DNA from: an uncultured bacterium | GTDB lineage: Bacteria; Babelota; Babeliae; Babelales; Vermiphilaceae | DNA: 64,000 nt | NCBI GenBank assembly: GCA_963702025.1 | Contig: OY969699.1 | Location: forward strand, 640,001-704,000 | Direction: 5' to 3' | Translations under genes and position numbers: made by a program | Part shown: in pieces, positions 37,976 to 48,400 of the stretch | Position numbering within the stretch: the stretch's first letter is position 1 | Layout: each line of letters starts with the position of its first letter | The notes under the pieces: model-generated | What the model was told of the DNA's origin: nothing | Seen by the model: the letters and a program-made list of their open reading frames with translations, nothing else | Database searches by the model: none

Positions 37976-39751
37976 TTATGATTCCTGCATTTGCTGTTGC
38001 CACAACTGCGCATACAACCCATTTTTTGCCAACAATTCAGTATGCGTGCCTTGCTCGGCAATAAGGCCATGATCAAGAACAATAATAGTGTCCGCATTAA
38101 TTACCGTGGATAATCGATGGGCGATGGTAACGGTGGTTGCGCCCACGGAAATCTCTTCAAGATTATTTTGAATTTCACGCTCGGTGTGAGTATCGAGTGC
38201 AGAAGTTGCTTCATCAAAAATGTAAATGGCCGGTTTTTTAAGAAGCACGCGCGCAATAGCGATCCGCTGTTTTTCGCCGCCCGACACTTTGAGTCCTCGT
38301 TCGCCCACTTCCGTGTGGTAGCCATCAGGTAACCGTTTAATGAACCCCTCTAAATGTGCCATGCGTAGTGCATGCTCCACCTCTTGCTGTGAGGCATGCG
38401 GATTGCCATAGGCGATATTATAATAGAGCGTATTGTTAAAAAGCACCGCATCTTGCGGTACGATACCGATCGCCTTGTGCAAATCAGTTTGCTTGATGGT
38501 GCGAATATCGTGGCCGTTGATCAGAATGCGGCCGCCCGTGACATCGTAAAAGCGATAGAGCAACCGCGCGATGGTAGATTTTCCCGATCCGGTTGCGCCA
38601 ACAATGGCCACCCGTTTGCCCGCAGGCACGGTGAATGAGATGCCTTTTAAAATTGGTCGTCGTTTATCGTAGTTAAATTGCACCTGGTCAAAAACAATTT
38701 CTGCGTGTTCAATGTGTAATGCCTCGGCGTTGGGCGCATCCTTAATCTCCGGTTTTAAGGTGAGTAAATTCATGGCGGAAGCCACATCATTGAGCCCTTT
38801 GCGCACTGAACGGATAATATACCCAAAATGATTAAGCGGATAAATAAATTGCAAAAGATAGCCGTTGATTAAAATAAAATCACCCACTTTCATCGTGCCT
38901 TTCATCACCGCGTTGCCCGCCATCCAAGTTAAAAAGATAAGGCCAACACCGACAATAATATTTTGGCCAATTTGCAACCAACTATCATATTTATATTTGA
39001 TAACGCCCGCATCTTCCTGTTCTTGCAAGATCTCATCGCACTCTTTGTGTTCATACCGTTCATTGCCAAAATATTTTACCGTTTCAACATTCAAGAGCGT
39101 ATCCACCAAGCGTGCACCTGCTTCTTGCCGTTTATCATTATACTCTTCTTGCACCGCAATCGATTTTTGTAACCCAAAACCGGTGAATCCCAAATAGCAG
39201 ATCATCACCAAAAGGAGTGCGCCGCTATATAAAAAGCCGTATAAATAGGTGAGCAAAATAATTACCAAAACCATTTCAATAACGGTATTGATCATAAACA
39301 AAAATATGCCCCAGAAAATATGGTCCATGCCATCTTCGGCCCGCTCAATTGCCGTGGTTATTGCCCCGGTTTTACGATCAAGATGAAATCGAATTGATAA
39401 TGTCATTAAATGATCAAAAATACGGAGCGCTAAGAGCCGCATGCTCCGCTCAAGGGATCGATACAGCACAATTGCCCGGACTTGCAAAATAATCTGGCTG
39501 ATCATCCATAACAGACCGTAGCCAATTAAAATGTAGGAAATAAGTGGCATCGGTTGTGGCACGCATGCTGAAAGTGTGTTAACGATACTTCTAAAATAAA
39601 GCGGCAAAGAAATGTTCAGCAAAATCATAATGGCGGTAAAAAGGAGCGATGCGATAACGCGGATGCGCATCTGCCAACCGCCCGTCCACATAAAGGGAAC
39701 AATTTTCATTATTAATCGCAATGATTTAAAATGATGATTAGTTGTTGGCAT
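37976..39751 (-). CDS. ABC exporter, Atm1/ABCB7-like (fused TMD-NBD)
   Basis: FHLDRKTG, LLNVETVKYF, GATGSGKST, VSGGEKQR, FDEATSALD. Confidence 0.92.
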   Translation of the reverse strand: MPTTNHHFKSLRLIMKIVPFMWTGGWQMRIRVIASLLFTAIMILLNISLPLYFRSIVNTLSACVPQPMPLISYILIGYGLLWMISQIILQVRAIVLYRSLERSMRLLALRIFDHLMTLSIRFHLDRKTGAITTAIERAEDGMDHIFWGIFLFMINTVIEMVLVIILLTYLYGFLYSGALLLVMICYLGFTGFGLQKSIAVQEEYNDKRQEAGARLVDTLLNVETVKYFGNERYEHKECDEILQEQEDAGVIKYKYDSWLQIGQNIIVGVGLIFLTWMAGNAVMKGTMKVGDFILINGYLLQFIYPLNHFGYIIRSVRKGLNDVASAMNLLTLKPEIKDAPNAEALHIEHAEIVFDQVQFNYDKRRPILKGISFTVPAGKRVAIVGATGSGKSTIARLLYRFYDVTGGRILINGHDIRTIKQTDLHKAIGIVPQDAVLFNNTLYYNIAYGNPHASQQEVEHALRMAHLEGFIKRLPDGYHTEVGERGLKVSGGEKQRIAIARVLLKKPAIYIFDEATSALDTHTEREIQNNLEEISVGATTVTIAHRLSTVINADTIIVLDHGLIAEQGTHTELLAKNGLYAQLWQQQMQES

Positions 39752-39907
39752 GAATAGCTCCTTTTATTATTTTCCCCCAAGGTAGCATATTTTAAGTTGT
39801 GATTGCTATTAGAAATTACGTCACTTAAAGATTGTGCAGCAAAAGAGAGATCAGTATACTGATAAGCTAGATACAAAATTTTTTAAAAAAATTGAAAGGA
39901 AAAGAGA

Positions 39908-40738
39908 ATGAAACGTAATCTTTTGCTCAGCGCACTTATCATAACCACTGCATCAATCATTGCCGATGACCAAGATCAAAAACCGGTTGACGCTACCGAA
40001 AAATATCGCACCATGAAAGCACACGAAGTGATTCTTCATGATGAGTATGATGAGGTGATGCCATTAGAGGGAGAATTGCCGCAGGCATATAAAGATGCGA
40101 TACAAAAATATGGCCTCGATGAAAAAGAGATTCATTTTTATACCGCTATTTCTAAGCCGTGGCGCCGGATAAATGTTTTTGTGCAAAAAGTGGGCAAAAA
40201 CATTGTGATCTTACGGCCCAATTTCTTTATCTATTTAACCCAGAAAGAGCAAGCATCCTATATTGCTATTCGCTTAGCAGAAATTGCCGATAATTATTAT
40301 CCGGAATTGGAATGGCCCCAAGATAAGAAATTGAACATGCTCAAAAACGTGAGCATTGGTATTTCCGGTCTGGCGTTGCTCGCGCTCTATCGCAATCAGT
40401 TGCTGGAACACGCGCAACGTGCATGGCCGCTGGTAAAAGATGTCATTTTTTCAAAGGCTGCAGCAATTATTGGCGGATGTGCCGCGATTAATGGCATTGC
40501 CTATGGAATGAATGAACGAAATAGAATACAAACCTATTTAAAACATGAGCTTGATTCTGTTGATAAAATTGGGGCCGAAGGCTTAATATCTGCGCGTGAA
40601 AAGCAGGTTGGTTGGGGAAAAAGAAATGTGTCATGGCTTAACTACCAGTGGAATAAATTACTCGCAAAGTTTGATTTGGCGATGATGCCGGAAGTTGATC
40701 TTGCACGGATTAAAGCACATCTTGCAAAGAATGATTGA
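39908..40738 (+). CDS. Secreted/membrane hypothetical protein (possibly degenerate M48 peptidase-like)
   Basis: Signal peptide; LTQKEQASYIAIRLAEI followed by two TM segments. Confidence 0.6.
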   Translation: MKRNLLLSALIITTASIIADDQDQKPVDATEKYRTMKAHEVILHDEYDEVMPLEGELPQAYKDAIQKYGLDEKEIHFYTAISKPWRRINVFVQKVGKNIVILRPNFFIYLTQKEQASYIAIRLAEIADNYYPELEWPQDKKLNMLKNVSIGISGLALLALYRNQLLEHAQRAWPLVKDVIFSKAAAIIGGCAAINGIAYGMNERNRIQTYLKHELDSVDKIGAEGLISAREKQVGWGKRNVSWLNYQWNKLLAKFDLAMMPEVDLARIKAHLAKND

Positions 40739-40781
40739 ACTTATGCGTAATAAGCTGCATAAAAAATGAATTCGCCAGAAA

Positions 40782-40822
40782 CCGCTCGTGGTGAGTGATT
40801 GCGAAGCAATAGTATCGAACCA
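40782..40822. repeat. Family A half element
   Basis: CCGCTCGTGGTGAGTGATTGCGAAGCAATAGTATCGAACCA. Confidence 0.85.
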
Positions 40823-41148
40823 TAACAAAGGAAAACTTTATGGATACAAAATTAATGATTCTGGGCATATTCTTTTATTTGCCCTTTATTTGTGCAATGG
40901 AAAAAGATATTAGCATTACTATTACCAATAAGAGCGCAGAAATGGCTAAATATCATGTTGATGAAGCATCAAATTATAATAAAATTAATGGCTTGAATCC
41001 AGAAGGCGGAGAATTGTTTCCCGATAAGAATGCTGTAATTCAACGACCATTTCCTTGTTATAGAAATGTTTTGGTAGATGTAGCAAATATGAATTTAGCT
41101 TCAACATGCGGCATTTTTAACGGAAAAGATGGGCATTATGAGATTACT

Positions 41149-42378
41149 CTTAAGTTCGGACAATTTCATTTTAACAATTCCTAAAGGCTCTTAACCAAAC
41201 AACATCATCTGAATTATTTTCAAGCAGATGGAATTCAACTTGACGTAGTGCTTTCCGAAGTTTGGATCGAGAATATGAATAAATCATATTAAGCAATAAA
41301 TGCAAACCGCTGAACTTAAGCCTTTCGCGCTTCGTGAGCACTTGTAATCGCAGCATTTCGCCTATCAAAATCAATAGATTGTAGGCAATTAATCCAATGA
41401 GGAGCATTTTAAGGAGATTGCCTAAAGTTTTATTCATGATTTTTGTAAAGCCCAATTTATCTTTTATATCTTTGAAACTTTCCTCTATTTTCATGCGTTT
41501 TTTATAGTATTTTAAACCTTCACTTGGCTGACAATCTGTAATTATATACATTGGCTCAGGCATATTGCTTTGCCATTCAGCAGCAATATTTACTTTGATT
41601 TTCCCTTTATAATAAACCCCTTTCCAATTTTTCTTTGAGCCGCGAGTAATAGAAATGTTAATCCTGCTGCCTTTTTTGTCAGTAATAATAATTTGGTTTT
41701 TTCCAGCACTTATTTTTAAGCGTATTGAATAATGAATTTGATGTTTATGAAAGAACTTGATCATCTCCTCATTGCAAAGTTCACGATCAATGACAATTAT
41801 CTTACTCTGAAGCAAAGGAATTAATGGGCGTAAAGCTTCTTGAATAAGCTTCCACTTTCCAGTTGCGCTCTCAGCAATGATTGAAGAAGATATTACATCA
41901 GCAAATATTATTTTAGATCTTCCTTTGAATGGTACACTCAGTGCCAATATGCTGTAGCCAAGTGTTTCTCCATCTTTTAAATATCCAATATAAGCAGTGC
42001 GTTTAGCATTTTTTCGAGTCATCTCAGTAAAATCGAGCAATAGGATATCACTCGCTTGGTCCTGAAATGACAAAAGAGCTTCTGAAAGCTGAGAAACTTC
42101 TAATTTATTTAGAGATCTTGTGATGTTTTTATAGTTAGATTCATACTTGCCGGGTGATGCAGCAGAAATGCTGGAAATTCTAAGCTTTTTTGCTTGTTGG
42201 AACCCCCAAATCATCGATCCGATGAAGTCGGCAACATGAATGTTAAATACTTTTAGCGAATTAATCATTTTTATGATATCTTTTTTGGCAATCATGATTC
42301 TCCTGTTTTTGGTGTTTCTTTGTTTTTTTTAAAAATACACCAGAACAGGAGTCTCTTCTATTTATGTCCGAACTTCAG
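41149..42378 (-). mobile_element. IS4-family insertion sequence (1230 bp)
   Basis: IRs CTTAAGTTCGGACA / TGTCCGAACTTCAG; ATTACT duplicated at 41143-41148 and 42379-42384. Confidence 0.9.
41171..42295 (-). CDS. DDE transposase (IS4 family)
   Basis: LLDFT, VIDREL, YKKRMKIEESFKDIK (YREK motif). Confidence 0.88.
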   Translation of the reverse strand: MIAKKDIIKMINSLKVFNIHVADFIGSMIWGFQQAKKLRISSISAASPGKYESNYKNITRSLNKLEVSQLSEALLSFQDQASDILLLDFTEMTRKNAKRTAYIGYLKDGETLGYSILALSVPFKGRSKIIFADVISSSIIAESATGKWKLIQEALRPLIPLLQSKIIVIDRELCNEEMIKFFHKHQIHYSIRLKISAGKNQIIITDKKGSRINISITRGSKKNWKGVYYKGKIKVNIAAEWQSNMPEPMYIITDCQPSEGLKYYKKRMKIEESFKDIKDKLGFTKIMNKTLGNLLKMLLIGLIAYNLLILIGEMLRLQVLTKRERLKFSGLHLLLNMIYSYSRSKLRKALRQVEFHLLENNSDDVVWLRAFRNC

Positions 42379-42616
42379 ATTACTATGGTGCCAGATCCAG
42401 ATGGATCATATAAGATTGAAGTTTTGGATAAAACGGTTGTGGATGGTAGACCAAGAGTCAATGGCATGATAATTGCCGACATCAAGTCGCTTGGTACAAA
42501 AAAATTGAGCAAAGGTAAAAATTTATCAATAACGATCGATGCCAATCGAAAGATCGTTTTGTCTGATATGGAATAATTTATAATTTCTCCCGTTCATAAA
42601 CATCAAAAGGATTACC

Positions 42617-43156
42617 ATGCGAATAACGCAAAATTTATTTTTTCTTGTAATGGCCATCTCAAGTATTACCGCTATGCAAGATGATAAAGACAAATTGAAT
42701 AATGAGCTTCTTATGGAACTTATGAAAGAGAAGGCCGACCAAACCAAGGTCACACAGTTGCTCAATACAAAATTGATTAAGCTGAATAAAGTGCATTCCC
42801 CGAGCAATGATTCTTTTTTACATTATGCAATTTTTCATGATGAAAATTTTGCCTGCGCGCAGCTATTGTTGCAATATGGCGCTCAAGTAAATGCGCGAAA
42901 TCATTTGGGTGAGACGCCCTTGCACGAGGCGATCATGTATTTAAATAAAAGATGCATAACAATTTTAATTGCAAATGCTGCTGATGTGAATGCACAAACG
43001 GTAACCGGGAAAACTCCGATGCATTATTTATGCTATTTCCATAAGAAAGAAAATCCGTATGATTTTAAGGAAATAATGAATTTATTGTTATCTCGGGGTG
43101 TTGATTTGCGACTTCGTGATGATAATGGAAATGCGGTTGGCGATTTATTGCAGTAA
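42617..43156 (+). CDS. Secreted ankyrin-repeat protein
   Basis: Signal ITA-MQ; GETPLHEA, GKTPMHY, GAQVN. Confidence 0.9.
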   Translation: MRITQNLFFLVMAISSITAMQDDKDKLNNELLMELMKEKADQTKVTQLLNTKLIKLNKVHSPSNDSFLHYAIFHDENFACAQLLLQYGAQVNARNHLGETPLHEAIMYLNKRCITILIANAADVNAQTVTGKTPMHYLCYFHKKENPYDFKEIMNLLLSRGVDLRLRDDNGNAVGDLLQ

Positions 43157-43229
43157 AATTCACCATTAGGAAGTTCTCGGTGTAAAAAGAGTGATTAAGA
43201 AATAGAATAAAAATATATAAGGAGAAATC

Positions 43230-44000
43230 ATGAGATATTTGTTTTTAAGCGCACTTGTCTTAGTGAATTGCCAAGGCCCCCTTTTGGGTATGTATTTCAG
43301 CAATAAAAAATTTAGTGATAAACTTGATGAACTTGAAAAAATATTTAAAGAAGATTCGCAGACGTGCATGGATAATGTTGACTCAATTGATGAAAATGGA
43401 ATCTCATTATTGGGCCATGCTCTGCATCAAGATAGAAACTCTTCATTTATTGAATGGCTGATTAAGAAGGGTTCGGATGTTAAAAAGCCTAGTGCTGGAG
43501 AAACGTTGATTGCATATCCTCTCAGCTCAGGAAATCACCAGAATCTGGCAATTTTACTCAAACATGGCGCCCCACTTTCAGATGGAAATTATTCGCACTG
43601 CACGGCAGTTTCTTGTGCCATGCATCGTTTATCAAATAAACTATGGTGCAAATTTAATACAGGCACCACGGCGGATGAGGCAAATTCTATTATCAATAAC
43701 TATATGCAATGTATTACTCTTTTGGTTAATAATGGATGTGAAGTTGTTGGCACCGAAGATGGAGCCTCAGCATTGAATACGGCTATAAATAGCGGGTTGA
43801 TTCAGCTAGTTAAATTATTCCTAGAAAAGGGAGTTGATCCTCGAGTGCCGTTTAAAGGTAAAAGTGCTGTAGAGACAGCCAATGAAAGTAACCCCTATTT
43901 TGGTCGTGCAATAGTTGAGAAACTTACCGGACATAGTGCATCTCAAGAGATTCGTGAGCTTGTGAATAAACGAGCTGCGGAGCTAAACAAAATAAAATAA
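43230..44000 (+). CDS. Secreted ankyrin-repeat protein
   Basis: Signal LLG-MY; GISLLGHA, SALNTAI..G...LVKLFLEKGVDP. Confidence 0.85.
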   Translation: MRYLFLSALVLVNCQGPLLGMYFSNKKFSDKLDELEKIFKEDSQTCMDNVDSIDENGISLLGHALHQDRNSSFIEWLIKKGSDVKKPSAGETLIAYPLSSGNHQNLAILLKHGAPLSDGNYSHCTAVSCAMHRLSNKLWCKFNTGTTADEANSIINNYMQCITLLVNNGCEVVGTEDGASALNTAINSGLIQLVKLFLEKGVDPRVPFKGKSAVETANESNPYFGRAIVEKLTGHSASQEIRELVNKRAAELNKIK

Positions 44001-44228
44001 GGCTTTTAAGATACCTGGACGTACCGATGGGCAGGAACGCAAGTGCAAAGAATTGCAGATTCAGGTTGCTGAGCAACAGGCTGCATTGTTTAAAGAGATT
44101 GAGAAGAGTGTTAATGCGGTGCAACAAAAAAATGGGATGAAATTGATTTTTCAATTTCCTAAATAATTGTTGCGATTCATAAGTAAAGTTTTATTCTCTT
44201 CGAGATGGCGGCAGGAATATTTATTAAT

Positions 44229-44665
44229 CGCCCTCCGGGCGGTGGCCAAAGGGTGTTAAATCTGAACACCCTTTGGAATCCCCAGACCAAGGCTGCGCCT
44301 TTGGATCCCTCATTTCGTGCCAATTCGCGACCTCGCGCTTTGCGCTCCAATCGCTCAGTGGCACTTGTCTGAATTTACTTATATGTTTGTAGGTTACTAA
44401 GTTAGAAACAAAATGTTTATGAGAAAAAATAACTGAGCCCGCTCGGGCGCTTTTGCGCCCGGCTTGCCTTTAGTCCCGAGCGAAGTCGAGGGGATCGTTG
44501 CGGGCTCTACGAACAATAATGGATAAAACGTTAAATCTGATTGCGGTATATGTATGAACCGGTGCAGCTCCCGTAGGGAGATGAGCCGGTGAGTTTACCG
44601 CACGGGGAATCCAATGGAACATTGGTGAACGGGGGCGTGGGGGTGGTTTCACCACTACCCCCACA
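44229..44665. repeat. GC-rich composite of hairpin modules (families B and D)
   Basis: Series of stems (CCAAAGGGTGTT/AACACCCTTTGG, GTGCCA/TGGCAC, GAGCCCGC/GCGGGCTC); 44542-44602 and 44624-44665 recur in 48740-49282. Confidence 0.75.
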
Positions 44666-44702
44666 TGGTTAAAAATGCTTAAAGTTATTCACGGAGTCTG
44701 CG

Positions 44703-45407
44703 ATGACAAAAAATCGCCTTAAAAAAATTTTAATACCACTAATCCTTATTGCGTGCCGCCCGCTCAGTGCAAACGCGGGCAAAATAATTGTTTTCTCTGG
44801 TCATTCATGTAGCGGTAAATCAACAATGGCTCGATTACTTTCAAAAAAAATTAATGCCGAATGTTTAGCCGAGCCGGAAGAATCTGAGTGGCCGCTGGTG
44901 GTGCGCAAGTGGTATGAATATTATGCATCTACCGCGATGCTGGCCATGCGGCAATTCTGGATACCCTTATACGTTGATGCAAATAAACTGCGTAATGCAG
45001 GTAAGACAGTGTGTATTGATACCTATTTTTTAAAAACGGTTGGCTATTATATTGATAAGCCCGGCATGGAATGGCTTGTGCCGGCCAATGATCCTTATTT
45101 GCCGCTTTTAAGGCAAATGTATGAGTTGGATGAAGATAATCTACCGGATGCGGATTGCGTGGTCCTCTTTGATAGTAGCCTGCAAGATTGGAAACAATTT
45201 TTACAGGCCCGGGGTCGCGATTGGGATGCCAATCCCGGCTTTGCTGAATCGTTTGCAGTGTCTAAGAAATATGTAGATGCGGCAACAATCGCTCATTGCA
45301 AAAAATACAACATAAAATTGATTCATTTTACGCACCAATTTGGCGATCCTGATATTCAGGCCGAGCGGTTAAAAGAGCTGCTAATTGCAGAAAATGTTTT
45401 AGGTTAA
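44703..45407 (+). CDS. P-loop kinase, deoxynucleoside-kinase-like, with a signal peptide
   Basis: IIVFSGHSCSGKST, LAEPEE, LPDAD, RGRDWD. Confidence 0.7.
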   Translation: MTKNRLKKILIPLILIACRPLSANAGKIIVFSGHSCSGKSTMARLLSKKINAECLAEPEESEWPLVVRKWYEYYASTAMLAMRQFWIPLYVDANKLRNAGKTVCIDTYFLKTVGYYIDKPGMEWLVPANDPYLPLLRQMYELDEDNLPDADCVVLFDSSLQDWKQFLQARGRDWDANPGFAESFAVSKKYVDAATIAHCKKYNIKLIHFTHQFGDPDIQAERLKELLIAENVLG

Positions 45408-45412
45408 AATTT

Positions 45413-48400
45413 TTATTTTTTCTCATTTTCAGCGCATATATCATTTATTAACTCGCTCACGCTTAAAAGATGCGGAAATAAAGAAATGTTTATTTGTCCA
45501 AGAGGGGCATCAGCAAGAGTGCCGGTGTAATAGCGGTCGCCTACTTTTTTGATAAAAAAGCGGATTTCCGCTCGATCATCCATAGTAAAATGTGTCTTGT
45601 GCAATGATCCTGCTTGAGCGTTTATGCAAACCGATTTTGTTGGCCCCAGCTCGAAACCTTCTAAAATTAGCATATCGCTATCGACGCTAAAACTATTTCT
45701 AGTTGATTTAGAATAGCACTCCGAATCGGTTTTAGTATCAAAAATTTTAATATCAGCCGCTAAAATATTATTATAGGGATAATCGTTTGCAGCAATGATA
45801 AAGCGATCGTTCAATACTGCAACACCATAGGCTCCTTGTAGTGGTAATCTCTTAATTTTCTTGCCAGTGCGCAGATCCCATAACGCAACATACTTATCAT
45901 TGTCGGTTGCTACCAGCGTTGTCTCATTGAGGAGCGCTGCTTTACTACTTTTAACGCTGCTTTCTAATGGAATGCAGCGATAACTATCGGTTTTATTGTT
46001 CCAGATTTTTATTTCAGTAGTGCTCAAAGAGATAAAACGATCATCGTCAAATGGCAATAATTGTTGTGCATTGGCATGATAATCTTCTTGGATACATTTC
46101 CCGGATGCAAGATTATAAACGCGGACCATATCATCATCATGGATAGCGACAAATTGATTCTTAATAACCAAAGCAGTCATGGTTGGTTGCTTGCAATCGA
46201 GAGTAAGCTTTCGTGTTTCTTTTGTTTTCGGATTGACAAAGATAATGATATTTTTATAACCATCAACTATCAATAGCTCATCACCATGGCTCAAGATGGT
46301 AAAGGCATGATCATAATCAATTTGCATTGTAGTATTTTTTACAATAATTTTTTCTAAATGCTCTCGCAGTGGCTTGTGGATTAATTTCATGCTTTCTTGA
46401 TCGATGAATGCGCTAAAATGAGGGTGCAGTTTGACTATTTGGATGAGATTGTCACTGATAAATTTGGCATAGATTTCCAGGTATTTTTCTAAGTTGGGTA
46501 AATTTGCAAGAATAGTTCCAACAAGAGTATCGCCCTTTCTTTGTTTAGCAATATATTCAGTAAGCTCTTGCAACTGTATGGTAATTATTTCAGCATGTGG
46601 TGTTTCAATTAGTTTGGGCATAAACATGCTATAGCAATCTGTTGGTAAACTTTCAAACAATGCTTTGAGCATGCCCGGTTCTTTGCGGGCCTGATCAAAC
46701 ATATACATGCCGAGCATCTCTTGGTTTGGGATATCCCATGCATGGGCAAGCATCAGCGCATCATGGGGAATTGTTTTAACGCTATCAAAAAAAGCCTTAA
46801 GAGCATCAGTTAAATGGGTAGATTTTTGTTTCTCTAAAGCAGTTTGAAACATGTTTTTAAACACTTTTATCTGTTCAGGGTTTTCATACATAAAATAGAG
46901 CAGCTTTTTAATTACCTGCACGGTCTCTGCATCAAAATCAACCGGCGCAATTTTTTCGTGTGCTTCTTTAAATGAGCCGGTAAACATTGCTTTTAATACC
47001 GGTGATTGGAACGCTATTGCTTCCGGTAAAATGATAATTTTGTTGTCGGTAGTAGTGAGAGCAATACATGCCAATTCCTGCAGATCGATAGGCAATTCTT
47101 CCCACTCTTCCGGGCATAAAGGATCGATCAAATTAGCAAGAATAACAGAAATATACTGCGCCAACTCTTTATACTCTGCTTGTTGCGCATGCGCCAAGAG
47201 TGAAAAGAGGTATGTTTTTTGTTCCTGCGGTGATTTATTGACAAGCCGTTGTTCAAGCTGTTTTTTTATAATGCGGACTTTTGTATTGGGTTGAGATTTT
47301 TCAGATTGTACGTAGGGGAGCAACGATACTATATCAGCAATTTCTGCTGCATGTGCGGAACTGATGGGGAGTTTTTTATTTGATCTGATTTCTTTTTGAA
47401 TCCGTGCATGTAAGGCGGCTATTAAATCTTCCAGAGAATATGTTTCTAAAACATCATGAAGGTTAATAAAGCCCATTGTATTTGCACCAAAACTTTGTCC
47501 ACTGAGGATAAAATGGTCATCGTATTTTTCTATGACTGTTGTATTAAATTCGAGTGTTCGTAGTACATCATCAAGCATTATTTGGAGGTTTCCATTGTTC
47601 ACTGATATATCAATCGGATTATTGGTAGCATCTGAAAGATAGGTAAGTTTTTTGCCATAACCATCCAATCCTGACATAAGAATTGTTGGATCCATTTTCA
47701 AAAGATTATCAATTATTTTTGCTTCATTCAGGCTTGATTGGCTATCTGGCTCTTGGGTGAGCTCAACCGGATTCATGGGGTGATCAGAAAAATCGATCAC
47801 GGTTACTTTTTCTTCAATCTGATTATCGATAGTTTCTTGCGTGACAACGCATAACTGATTTGGTATGTGGCACACAAGTTTAAGTACAGGATCTGAAGGT
47901 ATGATATTTACAAGTTCACTAGTCTGAACGTTATAAATATCTATTATTTTAGAATGATAATTTGTGCAGGCGACAAGATTCTCATTGATAGCGCATATCA
48001 GTTTTGTGTCGTGGCGATTCTGTATGTAGATTTTCTTAGTTTCGCTTGTTTGGACGTTAACAATGAATAGAAAACAACCATCAGTTGCTATTGCTTCCTG
48101 ATCTGATAATTTTTTTATAGCTGTAATTGGATTGTCGCTTAATAATGCAAATTCTTTTACAATTGTTGCTTTATTCAAATCAACAATCACGATTGATCCA
48201 TTATGCAGCCCTGCCGCAACAAGTCCTTTTTCTTTATCAAGAACGGTTAAGGAGCATACGCCACTTTTGCAAGGGATCACCCTTAGTAAACCGCTAAAAA
48301 CGTCGGTCGCAATAAGTTTCTTTTTGAGCAAAGAATGGAGATCTTTAGGAATTTTTGTAAGTATTTCGGGATTGGTGAGTAAGTAATAATTGATATTTTT

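Larger units (their letters stand above)
40840..42576 (+). pseudogene. Secreted protein (166 aa when restored) interrupted by an IS4-family element
   Basis: Signal ICA-ME; removing the IS and one ATTACT joins ...GHYEIT-MVPDPDG... in frame. Confidence 0.85.

Noticed and set aside
44020..44140. Short frame ERKCKELQIQVAEQQAALFKEIEKSVNAVQQKMG, reminiscent of an OmpH/Skp fragment
   Set aside because: No start codon and too short to assign; could be any coiled-coil remnant.
44575..44612. Hammerhead ribozyme or group II intron domain V (GATGAGCCGG)
   Set aside because: No CTGATGA/GAAA core with proper stems, no domain V/VI geometry, and no RT gene.
44470..44664. ORFs 44470..44664, 48713..48925, 48925..49305 and 48933..49283 sharing NSPAHLPTGAAP
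   Set aside because: They are translations of GC-rich palindromic repeats; no RBS and inconsistent frames between copies.
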